NCBI RefSeq assembly: GCF_006345805.1
Contig: NC_042998.1
Location: 74,028,001 to 74,092,000 of the forward strand
Source: Octopus sinensis
Lineage: Eukaryota
DNA: 64,000 nt
Reading direction: 5' to 3'
In this document: in pieces, positions 51,546 through 64,000 of the stretch
Numbering within the stretch: position 1 is the stretch's first letter
Layout of the letters: each line of letters starts with the position of its first letter
Notes under the pieces: generated by a model
Told to the model about the DNA's origin: nothing
Database searches by the model: none
Seen by the model: the letters and a program-made list of their open reading frames with translations, nothing else
Made by a program: the position numbers and the translations under genes

Positions 51546-52212
51546 GTGTTCCAATCCCGAAAAGGCACAGCGTAAAAAAAAAAAATACCTCTCATATACG
51601 TGATACACACCGCGTAAAACCCACTGTTCAGGAAACATTCAACTTTTTTGATATTCCCGCATTAGAAAATACTTTTTTATCAATTTCGATAATTCTGCTA
51701 GAACCACCAATCTTTAATGGGTTGCGGAGTAAATCCGCCGCACACGCCTCGAGTTAATAATCGTTGAAACCAACAGCTGTAGTGCTGTTGATTCTTAACT
51801 CCTACACTCAAAAAAGAACTGTGGTCAGATCCTTCATTGAAGAATACAGAAACAGAATTACAGTCCTCAGAGGAGGAGTAATAATGGTAATGCTGTTCCC
51901 ATGCCGTTCCAATTACCATCACTAGAACAATTACCAATGATAATATTGGTTCCCAGCAGTCACAATTATCTCTTTCCATGGGAAAGAGATAATTGTGATT
52001 GCCGTTACGTGGGTAATAGAAATTTCCGTTTTGCTAAAATTATGTAACTCTTAAGGTTTGAAAACCGTTATTATTAATTTTTTTTTTTTTTTCGGTTTTT
52101 TCGTTTTGAGAAATGAAAGTGATTTTCATCAATTTGCAAAACTACATAAGTGTGTAAAATTTGAAAACCTTCAGTCGGAAGAAATTCAAGGACATACACA
52201 CACATACACAGA

Positions 52213-52243
<31 letters not shown>

Positions 52244-52245
52244 TG

Positions 52246-52276
<31 letters not shown>

Positions 52277-52469
52277 GCTAAGGAAATAGCTAAGGTTCTT
52301 TGGCTGCTATTTCTAAACTTCGGTATGTGGTAAAGCAAATCTTTGCTGAACCCTAATTATAAAATATTACTTAAGTTTACCGAGAAATGGTCCTTTTTCA
52401 TGCCGAATTCTACTTGGTGAAATTATTGATTACTAGTTAATTAATTAATTTTACCCTTTGTTATTATTG

Positions 52470-52547
<78 letters not shown>

Positions 52548-52549
52548 TA

Positions 52550-52582
<33 letters not shown>

Positions 52583-52672
52583 GGGAAAGTTTACGAAAAA
52601 AACAAAAGACGAAGACAGGTGGTGTACAAAATAAACAGATGTATTAGTATAGCGCTCAGGAATAGAAAAAGT

Positions 52673-52708
52673 CTTTTACGTTTCGAGCCTACGCTCTTCT
52701 ACAGAAAG
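52673..52708 (-). ncRNA. Minimal hammerhead-like motif with CUGUAGA core variant
   Basis: CUUU-CUGUAGA-A-GAGC-GUAG-GCUC-GAAA-CG-UA/AAAG; all stems intact, A6 replaced by U. Confidence 0.55.
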
Positions 52709-53384
52709 GTACACAGAAAAAACAAGGAGAGAAAAAATGTGTGTAGTGACTAACGATCTATCATGGCGATCTATCATGGCGTATATATATATAAAACGTA
52801 CGTACACTTTGCTCTCTTATATGTAAGTACACATTTTTCTAAATCTTGTACGACTCTATTTGTGTCTGTCTATCAGCCCTTTCACGCTTATTTGTTCCTT
52901 CCACTCTTCGTTCTTTCGTTCCCCCTCTCTCACATCTCTTTGCCTTCTCTTCTTACTCACTTTCCCTACACTTTTCACTTCACTGTTTCCCTGTCCTTTT
53001 TTCTCGCCCCTCCTTAATTCTTCTGCCCCTTCTGCTTCTACTTCTCTCTCTTCTCTTCCCACGTAACCGCCGGTCAGCCTAGCCTGTTCTGTCTTTCTTG
53101 GTCTGACCGCCGTCCGTGCAACATCGATATTCTTCCCTGTGTTTGCGAAATTTTTGTATCTCTGCCGTAAGGCTTCATTTCCATACGCGCCAGCTTAATT
53201 CAATTTGTTCTTAGTCGAAAGACACCTGTTGTTATGTTGTTATGTCCTGTTATTATTTTTATTGTATTTATTATTGTATTTATATTTGTGTAACGTTGTC
53301 CGTTTTTTCCGTCCTTGTTTTTGTATACATTCGCTGCTTTCTTCCAAGGAATCTAATGCTCTTAGCTTAGTTTTTCCTTGGGGC

Positions 53385-53575
53385 TGGCAAGATTGGAGCA
53401 ATCTCAAGAATAATCAGCCGAAATTGCGAGGATAATCTGGTGCTTGAATGAGGATGGAAAACTTCGAAAGACCCGTCCTTGTTTTCTTTGTATTATCTAT
53501 CTGGATGTTTTGTTGTCCCTTTTTGTATCACCTAGCTCTCCGGATGTTTTGCGTTCTAGTCCCATTTTGTATTTT
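53385..53575. repeat. Unclassified interspersed repeat of about 190 bp; second copy at 63635-63812
   Basis: ggagcaatctcaag...cagccgaaattgcgagga...gacccgtccttg...tcccattttgtatt is present twice. Confidence 0.8.
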
Positions 53576-53680
<105 letters not shown>

Positions 53681-54318
53681 ATATATATATACATATATAT
53701 ATATATGGGTTGAAGACTTCACTAACACTAAACAACATGAAATCATGAAATGCGAAAACAAATGTGTTAAATATGTAAACAACGAGAGAGAAAGGAAAAT
53801 AGGACAAGTTATACAAAGAACGACCCTTCATCAGTTGTCGGCTGTCTATCTACTCTCCATTTCGGGCAATCAACGACAATATGAGTCTTGGGTTTATGGA
53901 GCGTCAAAGTTGGGAACAAAAACAGGACAGTGGCGACATACAAGGAAACCGAACGAAAACAAACATGGAGGGTCGTTAGACCAGAACGAGGGGGAAATAG
54001 TGAACGCTGAGAAAAAATATTCTTTGAAAAAAGAAAAGACGGAGGAGTGTGATAGGAGGCTTCAGGCCTTAGAACGTCCTTGCAGGAAAAGAAAGATGGT
54101 CACCTGAGGAAAAGAAAGATGGATGATGGTCACGTGTGAGAACGAGGGAGAGAGAAAAAGAGAAAAAGGGGGAGAGATACAGATAGAAAGCAGTGAAAGG
54201 GAGAAAAAGGGAATTAGAGAAGGATGGGGGAGAAAACAGTATAGAGTGGCATCAAAAAGGTTAAGATCAACATACTTGGAAATGGATGCGTGGCGTTCAA
54301 GGAAATAATAATATAAAC

Positions 54319-54382
<64 letters not shown>

Positions 54383-54403
54383 TATATTATATACATACAT
54401 ACA

Positions 54404-54439
<36 letters not shown>

Positions 54440-54494
54440 TGTAGTATGTATGTATGTATGTATGTATGTATGCATGTATATGTATATATCTATC

Positions 54495-54715
54495 TGTGTG
54501 TGTCTTTGTGTTGATGTCTGACTCGTCACCGCTTGACTAAGGGTGTTAGTTTGTTTGCGTCATCGTAACTTAACGATTCGGCAATAAAGACTGATAGCAT
54601 AAGTACTAGCATTAAAAAATAAGTGCTGGAGTTGATTTATTTGACTAAAACCCTTCAAAGCGGTGCTCCATCACGACCGCAGTCAAATGACTGAAACAAA
54701 ATAAAAGAATAAAGG
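54495..54715 (+). mobile_element. SINE family 1, 3' half
   Basis: Body and tail are recognisable. Confidence 0.78.
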
Positions 54716-54773
54716 AATGTATGTATGTGTATGAATATAATATATATATATATATTATATATATATATATTAT

Positions 54774-54815
<42 letters not shown>

Positions 54816-54844
54816 TATATATATATATATATACATATATAATA

Positions 54845-54875
<31 letters not shown>

Positions 54876-56379
54876 GCGTTTAATTTGTATTTGTGCGTAT
54901 ATATTCCTGTGTGTATATATATATATACATACATACATACATACATACATACATACATACATACATACATACATACATACATACATACATGCATACATAC
55001 CTACATACTTACATACACATGTATATACTTATATGTATGTAATTTGTATGTATGTGTCTATGCAACTACATATGTGTGTATATGAATGTGTAAGTGTAAC
55101 AGAAAAATACAATGAATTACTTACTGTTTTTTATTAATTTTTTGACTTCTTTGAAAAGGAACTGTAATCTTATCATAATAGAAATTCCATGCTGAGTATC
55201 GTCTAACATCTCAGCACGAAACTATTTAGAATAGGAAATAACGATTTATCTTTTACACAATATTGTCTTTATTGCCCTTCGTCTTTTATTTTGTAGATAA
55301 TGGCTTTTTTTTAATGAAACCTTCCCAGATATATATAAGTATCTGCATGTTGTGAGTCTGTATGTAAACGTGTACGTCAGTTTTTTTTTCATTGGTGCTA
55401 CTGGTAGCATGTAGTTAATACAACCTAATGCATAATTGGGTCGTAGGCGATTAAACCGTTTTCCCCACCATATCTGTCTGATATGGAAGGTTACTAAAAC
55501 ATCAATAGGACAGGAAACAATACCTGTCAAAAGGATGGATGAAACCATCGTAAGGCATTTGAGTGAGTAATCGTAATGGTGAACGAGTTCGCTGCAAGGC
55601 CTGCTGCGAGTGATGGACCCTGTCTCAGAGAACCAAGCCTGAGAAATGTTCAGCTTCTGATCGTCCAAACCAATGCTGAGCGACCAGGAGGAAAGTTGTT
55701 CTGTTGGAAATGTGAGTACAGTTCTGTATCGGCTTCATTCACTATTATCAATTTCATAAACGGAAACTTTTGAGAAAGCATAATACAAGTAGACAATGTC
55801 TCGCAGTTATGGAATGCAGTGGAACATACAAGCCTGACTAGCAGGAAGTATGTAAATACAAGCCTGTATGCAGCCGTTCACAGCATTATGGAGAGGTGTT
55901 CACGTTGCGAAGATAAAAGAGCTTCTACATTAAATAAACAGGTTGCGGCTGACTTAAATTTGTAGAAATGAGTGCTAAAATGTTCCTCATTTAAAGAGGA
56001 TCGCAAAAGGCCTGTTTTGAGGTCCAATCTTCCGTGTTCTTTTACAGAGCTTAGAAAAACTGAAGGACTGCTGCAATTAGTGTGTGAATCTGAGAGGGGA
56101 ATATGTTGGGTAAACTCATAATTAGTTGATCCTCCTTACCCAAAACCAGGAATTTTTCAGCACCTGCTCGTGGATTTGTTTAAAAAGTGTAATAAGACAT
56201 AAATTTATAGGTGGGCCGCGTATCGGTACTGCTGTGGAATCACAGTCTCTCACTTTGGTATAGGAAGGGTGCTTAACTACCACTGGCGCCTGCCCTTACA
56301 GTCTGTGGAAATTGGCTGAGAATGCGAAAATAAGGCTGAAAATATATATACATATATGTGTGTGCGTGTGTGTGTGTAT

Positions 56380-56545
56380 GCGACGGGCTTCTTTTAGTTC
56401 CCGCCTACCAAATCCACTCACAAGGCTTTGGTCGGCCCGAGGCTATAGTAGAAGACACTTGCCCAAGGTGCCACGCAGTGGAACTGAACCTGGAACCATG
56501 TGGTCTGTAAGCAAGCTATTTACCACACAGCCATTCCTACGCCTA
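56380..56545 (-). mobile_element. SINE family 1, 5' half
   Basis: Reverse complement of the tRNA-like head. Confidence 0.85.
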
Positions 56546-57384
56546 CGCCTACTTGTGAAAGTCAAATGCAAAACTTTTATAGTAGATTTTATACTTTCAA
56601 TTATTTGGAGTGCGAGAATTTCCAACGTTCAAATATTACCTCTTCACGCTATTCTTGTGGACTTCGGGGTATCCCTTTCGCTTGGCTTGAAATAGCAATT
56701 AAATCTGCCAGCAGGAAATTTCAAGTTCAGTAATTAACAGTTTTTGTTTTCCTCTTTAGCCTTATCATCGACAACATAGCATCCAGTATCCGTTCACATT
56801 TTTCATTGCGGCGTTTTTCCTCTGCCTATTTTATTCCTTCGTCATCCTTCGTCATCCTACGTAAATTAACAATTGTGAACATGAAAGCCCCTGCGAACAA
56901 GGTCGGTTTCCGGAGTTTCTATGGCCGGCTTTTTTGAGGATATCGATTTTATCAACTGCACAACAATTCTTTATCTTACATTTTTCAGTCATTTTATTAG
57001 CACCCTGGAAAACTCCTTTGCCAGAGACTAGAATCGGTTAAATCTCTGACAAGATTGTCGGGGTTTTTTTCGTCAACGAGATCATCTCAAGACAACGTTT
57101 ATGAAACAACAGTGAAATAGCAACCAAGATAATTTTCGGAAGCTCGACGACCAACGATCAGCCACCGCAACATGTGAAATTCAATAGTGAGTTATTGCTC
57201 AGTTTTCGCACATTTTCCGCCAGATGAGGATATGACAGACGTATCGCCCCATATTCTGCGAACAGCATACTGCTTACCTACCACTTTTTAACGTCAAGAC
57301 AGAGCCATCTCGATATGGTTCGGAGCCACGCACCTTAACTACATACATATACATATATATACCATCCGTCCGTGGCCGTTTGCC

Positions 57385-57600
57385 AGCTCCGTCTGGCACT
57401 TGTGCGGGTGTCACGTAAAAAGCACCCACTACACTCACGAAGTGGTTGGCGTTAGGAAGGGCATCCAGCCGTAGAAACACTGCCAGATCAGACTGGGCCT
57501 GGTGCAGCCTTCTGGCTTCACAGACCCCAGTTGAACCGTCCAACCCATGCTAGCATGGAAAGCGGACGCTTAATGATGATGATGATGATGATGATGATGA
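57385..57600 (+). mobile_element. Non-autonomous RTE-derived (bipartite) element with (GAT)n tail
   Basis: RTE-type 5' motif ggcgttaggaagggcatccagccgtagaaa is joined within about 100 bp to an RTE-type 3' end ccgtccaacccatgctagcatggaaagcggacgcttaa(tga)n. Confidence 0.7.
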
Positions 57601-57739
57601 TATATATATATTTATATATATATATATATATATAATATATAATATATATATATATATATTATATATATATTATATATATACGTATGTATTATAAGGTTTG
57701 GAGGTGATGTACAGGTATTATATATTAGAGGAAATAAGA

Positions 57740-57946
57740 TACTCAGAAATCTGGATGGTTTTTATATTTATAGATATTTATTAATATGTCACATGTTTTT
57801 ATAAATCATATATTAGCGCTTGCGTCCACTGGAGTCTTCAGTCAATCTGAAGACTCCACTAGAGTGGACGCAATCGCTAATATATAATTTATAAAAACAT
57901 GAGACATAAATATTTGTAAATATAAAACCATCCAGATTTCTGAGTA
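57740..57946. repeat. 207-bp imperfect palindrome with degenerate hammerhead-like cores at its centre
   Basis: Arms of about 100 bp; centre gagtcttcag-tcaat-ctgaagactc. Confidence 0.85.
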
Positions 57947-59924
57947 TATATATATGTGTGTATATATACATTTGTACGTATATGTGTGAGTGCACACATT
58001 TGTATCAACATCAACCATACACCCACGCACCCAAATACATACAGGTAAAATGATGTATATATAAAACAGAGGGTGATATATCCATGCCAATAAGCAAGAT
58101 CAATATTTATAGTAATATAAACAAGCACCACTTCCTTGACGAGACTTAAAACACATTTCCTGCTGACAAACTCAAATGACCATTACATAAAATGGATATT
58201 ACTATTTCAAACTTCGATTACACACATACACACATACACACACGCGCACACACACACATACACACATACATATATATATACGTATACATAGATAGCTGTA
58301 CACACACGCTCACATAGAGACGTATGTGTGTTGTTGTCTTCGTTTTTGTTGTTGTTGTTGTTGTTATTACTGTGTGTGAACCTGTCCATCAATGGCTTGG
58401 AACTTCCTCTGTTATTCAACTGTTCACATATTAGCAGTTTTATGGATTTAGCATCTGTCTGCGTTAAGGTTAGTCTATTGGAAAACCGGAAAACAAATAT
58501 ACTTTCCATTTGATTGAGGAAATGTCACGGCCCTTGTTGTGTTTATGAGTTGGCCGTCATCACAAGATAGAAGGTTCGATTGATGTCAAAGAAATGTCGT
58601 TGAAGTTTTATCCATTTTATGCACGTGGTTACTATGTGCGTGTGTATGTAAGTATGCATCATGTATCTATGTATCTGTAAAGACTCATACCCACAAACAT
58701 AATTATTCATAAATATGTGTGTGTGTTTGTGTGTGCGTGTGTCTGAATACCTGTATGTATTTATAATGATGATTATACGACAATATATATATATATATAT
58801 CCATGAAAAACTCTCCTTCCAACACCTTACCTAATTAAGTCAAACTGTAGATTTTGCGATCAGTATTAATTTCATGAACAAAACTGAACTAATTGAACAT
58901 ACCGAAGCCAAAGATTGAAATTGAGATCTTTAGTTCAATGCTTTCTCAACTGAGACACTTCTACTCTCTGCGGGTAGCATAATAATTTATAGAAATATAT
59001 TTGCTGTCATATAATAGAAATAATTTGCTAAATACACCAGACGTAATATAATAAATAATAGGCAGAGATAAACTCATTTCAAGTTATAAAATAGTTGAAA
59101 GCAAAATAGTCTTCTTTTGTTTTTATACAATTTTACAACTTTCATTTATATGTTTTAGAGTTGTCTGAAATGTATATATTTGCATAAATGATAGAACAAA
59201 CGTAATGCAACTATAGCAAACAAATTTCTTTACACCAAACACTTTTACGATCAGACATGTCAACGTTTTGTAAACATGTACAACGACTCAGTTTGCTAAG
59301 GGCACACGATATGACAATTAGCAAGCAAATAGTTTATGGGGAAGAGCTATGTAATTTAAAAGAAATGAAAAGGTAACAATTGACATTATATTCGAGAATA
59401 AAAGAAAATCAATTACCCATTTAAAATGCGACACACACCGCCTCAAATGGTAACCACTATAGAACTGAACTTATTAGCCTGTTATTCCAACCACCTACTC
59501 TGAAGATATGAAATACAAAAAATAAAAGACAAATGTTGTTTATCTGTATACAATTTTGTTGACCGGCAATTGGAACATTGTTGTTCACCAAGCTGAAAAC
59601 AACAGACAAAACACGAACCAACAAATATAAATATGTATATGTATGTATGTGTGTGTGTGAAAATATATATACATATATGGTGGTTGTCTACTCCACATGC
59701 AGACTTCCTCTTGTACTTACACCTTAGATCCCTCATGGCGTCTGATGTGGCTTTTTAACCCAGACATTGTATTGAAAAGAGACTCACATAGATTACATAT
59801 CTGATTTGGACCCCAAAGAGCTGCAGTTAATTTCTGATCTTTGTAGATCTTAAAATGTTTTTTTTAATATATGCACACGAGCGTGTATATATGCTCACAT
59901 ACTCACACCTATACGTATGCTTTC

Positions 59925-60146
59925 GTTCTTTTATTTGTTTCAGACATTTGACTGCGGCCATGCTGGAGCACCGCCTATAGTCGAACAAATGACCCAGGAC
60001 TTATTCTTTGTAAGCCTAGTACTTATGCTAGCTGTCTCTTTTGCCGAACCGCTAAGTTACGGGGACGTCTACACACCAGCATTGGTTGTCAAGTGATGTT
60101 GGAAGGACAAATACACACACACACACACATAGATAGATAGATAGAT

Positions 60147-60212
<66 letters not shown>

Positions 60213-60372
60213 CGACGGGCTTGTTTCAGTTTTCGTCTACCAAATCCACTCACAAGGCTTTGGTCAGCCCGAGGCTACAGTAGAAGACACTTGCCCAAGA
60301 TGCTACGCAGTGGAACTGAACCCGGAACCATGTGGTTGGTGAGCAAACTACTTACCACACAACCACTCCTAC
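59925..60372 (-). mobile_element. SINE family 1, full length, with internal (GATA)n
   Basis: Complete reverse-complement copy. Confidence 0.9.
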
Positions 60373-60644
60373 ATAGGAATATATATTTTAATATATATGC
60401 GTGTGTGTGCATATACATATATACATATCCACATATTCAATGTGTGTGTGTGTGTGTATATATATATACATACTGAGAGAGAAAGAGAGTGAGTGAGAGA
60501 GAGAGAGAGAGATCCGAATGGATGAAAAGCAAAGCCGACCACAGTGGTATTTGAAATCAAGACATAAAGGAGGTCGAAACGCCACCAAGTATTTTGCCCA
60601 GCGTGCTAATACTTCTGCCAACTTACACCTGTCCATACTTTCTA

Positions 60645-60664
60645 AAATCATAATCATAATAATA

Positions 60665-60701
<37 letters not shown>

Positions 60702-60725
60702 TGATGATAATAATAATAATAATAT

Positions 60726-60756
<31 letters not shown>

Positions 60757-60823
60757 GATAATAATAATAATGATAATAATAATATTAATAATAATAATAA
60801 TAATAATAATATAATAATAATAT

Positions 60824-60854
<31 letters not shown>

Positions 60855-61075
60855 GATAATAATAATAATGATAATAATAATATTAATAATAATAATAATA
60901 ATAATGATATGATGATAATAATAATAATGATAATAATAATAATAATAATAATATAATAATAATAATAATAATAATAATATAATAATAATAATATAATATA
61001 ATAATAATAATAATAATGATAATGATGATAATAATAATAAATAATAATAATTATAATAATAATATTAATAATAAT

Positions 61076-61158
<83 letters not shown>
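60645..61158. repeat. About 510-bp (TAA)n array with GAT/ATT interruptions
   Basis: Directly visible. Confidence 0.97.
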
Positions 61159-61160
<2 letters not shown>

Positions 61161-61624
61161 CTCTGTTCAGGTAAAAAGATAAAGGTTAGTGTAATTAAAG
61201 AAACAAATCACTTTTAGCAGTACACCTTAGTAGTAAGTTTTGGGGGGTTTTCTTCTTTTGCCAAAATCAAGGAAACATTTGAGAAGGTCAAGACATTTTC
61301 CTGACCTATACATCAATTGAATTTCTTAAACTGAGTCATGGAATTTGATCCTAAAAATGAGTCACCTCCCACATTGTGTGTTGTTGCATAGCACACAATA
61401 CCTGTGCGATTATAACACATATATGCATAGACACGATAAACACAATATTCACATACACTGTAGCACATAGTATACGGACAATGTAATGTGTGCATGTATG
61501 TGTAGGTGTGAATATTTATACACATATGTAATTTACAGAAACAATGCACACAATATTTACATGCACTATCCGTATAATATACATACATGCACACAGATAC
61601 GTGTGTGTGTGTGCGCGCGCGCGC

Positions 61625-61880
61625 TGGATTATAAAGAAAATTGATAAAAAGAGAATTGAAATATTAGAACAACGGTATTTCAGACGCATTCTCAGAAAAA
61701 GATGGGCAAATAAAAGAATTACTGAATAGGTCCTTAGCAAGATAAAGTGCCAGGAAAGGGCTGTTAAACACTATTAGGAAGAGAAAAATGTACTTCACAG
61801 ACCATATACTTTAGAAGACAAGACCTTGATAAGTTCTATTTAACAGGTGCGGTATATGGCTAAAGAACAAGAGAAAGGCT
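61625..61880 (+). mobile_element. RTE-clade LINE C-terminal fragment
   Basis: IKKIDKKRIEILEQRYFRRILRKRWANKRITE*VL...TIRKRKMYF. Confidence 0.65.
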
Positions 61881-61945
61881 TAAAACCAGATTTAACAATA
61901 ACAAGCCCCTTACCACACAGTCTCGCCTATATATATTCTGTTTTG

Positions 61946-62210
61946 TCTGTTGTGTCTGGGGAGAGTAATTTTCTTTTTGTACCTTATAATGTAACACACT
62001 CACCGGTAAAATTTCCACTTATTTCTTATTTTTATTTTCCTAAAATTTTCGATGCGTCTTGCAATCTTTTCAATAGTCTTGACTGAAAAGGTTGCAAGAC
62101 ACAACGAAAATTTTAGGAAAATAAAAATAAGAAATAAGTGGAAATTTTACCGGTGAGTGTGTTAAATTATAAGGCCCAAAAAGAAAATTACTCTCCCCAG
62201 ACACAACAGA
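61946..62210. repeat. 265-bp near-perfect palindrome
   Basis: Arms 61946-62072 and 62084-62210 with an 11-nt loop. Confidence 0.92.
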
Positions 62211-62275
62211 ATATGCTTCAACACACGAACTCATACAAAGAACCTTGCAAACCAAATCCAAAAACGAAATATATT

Positions 62276-62333
<58 letters not shown>

Positions 62334-62978
62334 CATTCACAAGGCATTGGACGACCCGTTGTTGTGGTACACTTATCTAAGATGCGAGCAACAGAACTGA
62401 ATCCGAAACTACGTGGTTTGCAAAGCGCACTTCTTAGCTACCCAACCATACCCACAACTATGGTTAATCGAACTTACAAGGTTGCCAGACACAATTTACC
62501 ACAGCAGGATTTGAACTCCCGTCATATAAAGGACATCATGAAATACCGTTAGACATTATGTACTCCACACAACCATATACGTCGATGCACTGTCCTGGTG
62601 TTATACACTAAGCTACGTTCACCCATCAACTTCTCTCACAACAGTCCAATCCTCATCACTTGTTCGATAATATTAACAATTAGTTTATAATTTAAATGTC
62701 TATATGCTCTAACTTTCTTTCCATACACTATTGGAGTTTATTATTCATGTCATGACAGCTTGTTTAACATAACTATTTATTAAATCTGTCTCCCATCCAT
62801 TTTCCACAATTCACTTCAACAATTTTCTCTATCCATTCGACGTGGACATGACATTTTTCTTTGCATTTAACCATTGTACCATTGTAATATTTTTACTAAG
62901 CGATATTTTATTGTGAAATATGTAATTTTTTTTTCCTTTGTGAGGTATTGATATATTGTATATTATATAGAAATATAC

Positions 62979-63010
<32 letters not shown>

Positions 63011-63229
63011 ATATGAATATCAGTTTAATACAAATGTTTGTTACAACGTACATATAAGATATATTGAATACAGGAATATTAGCATTTATAACTACGACAT
63101 TAGTTTGTGAATCTAGATTTCATACAAACACTATATCTACATGTCCATAATATATCAGCATCATTATCATCACCATCACTAGCATCACCACACCACAAGT
63201 AGTATGTAACTACGGTTTTTCCATTTTCT

Positions 63230-63590
63230 TGCATGGATTAGACGAGTCTTCAGTACAACGGTTCGCTACCTATTATGATCTTTTATTATCTCCTAAGCGA
63301 GAATAATCCTCCTGAGATCAACCTTCACCACTTTCTTCACCATATTTTCCTTTCGATTCCCTCTTCCAAAATTTCCTTCCACTTAAATCACTTAGATTTC
63401 TTTCCTCCTTACATATCACGTCTATATCAGTAGAGTCTTCTCTCTTGCAAGCAACATCTGATTTCTCTTATACCCAGTTTTTTTTTAGGGTTTTTTATCG
63501 CTGCTTATATGTGTTCCGTCGTTCATTCACACAAACATTCTTGACAGCTGTCCTTCCTTTCCGACGATGATCTCAGTTCTATCATCTAGG
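63230..63590 (-). mobile_element. Degenerate RTE-clade LINE 3' fragment
   Basis: KLGIREIRCCLQERRL motif, similar to 42320-42600. Confidence 0.5.
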
Positions 63591-63809
63591 ACTGAGTAGA
63601 TACGTGCGCGTGCCAACCAGTTAAATATATGTATTGGAGCAATCTCAAGATTAATCAGCCGAAATTGCGAGGATGATCCGGTTCTTGACTGAGGATAGAA
63701 AGCTTCGAATGACCCGTCCTTGTTTTTTTGTATCGTCTATCTGGATGTTTTGTTGTCCCTTTTTGTATCACCTAGTTGTCCGGATGTTTTGCGTTCTTGT
63801 CCCATTTTG

Positions 63810-63847
<38 letters not shown>

Positions 63848-64000
63848 TGATTGTAGCGGTTGATGATTGTTGAACCAGTTTTCATCTGTTCGTGTCTTAT
63901 TTTCGTTCTATTTATATGATTTTTACATCATTGTCTACTGTCAATTCTTCAAGCAATGCTTTTATTATTTTCGTCCCGTTGAGTCTCATGACCGGGATAT

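Noticed and set aside
53815-53880. Minus-strand CCCGAAA...CTGATGAAGGG as a type II hammerhead
   Set aside because: Stems I and III cannot be formed convincingly.
55520-56110. Unique-looking island with possible splice sites on both strands
   Set aside because: Plus-strand candidate exons splice into a stop, and no protein motif is recognisable in any frame.
63690-63720. CTGAGGA...GAA(T/A) in the 190-bp repeat as a hammerhead
   Set aside because: No consistent stem II or III in either copy.

Overview
AT-rich, microsatellite-dense animal genomic DNA that is almost entirely transposable elements and their remnants. The repeat families suggest an octopod cephalopod (Octopus-like); this is an inference and was not checked against a database. 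No host protein-coding gene can be called with confidence. Recognisable elements: a Mag/K02A2.6-like Gypsy LTR element (LTR, PBS, gag, protease, integrase fragment); six R4/Dong-type RLE non-LTR copies mostly in (TAA)n arrays, one nearly intact at about 4 kb; CR1-clade and RTE LINE fragments; a Penelope-like GIY-YIG fragment; Helitron Rep and helicase fragments; mariner, hAT and Merlin transposase remnants; MITEs; and more than 25 copies of two tRNA-derived SINE families. The most striking unexplained signal is about a dozen type I hammerhead-ribozyme (HHR) motifs from unrelated sequence families. They recur at the top of long stems, inside 190-590 bp fold-back elements, or in a 351-bp unit with terminal redundancy that resembles a retrozyme. 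All calls were made by eye; coordinates of degenerate fragments are approximate.
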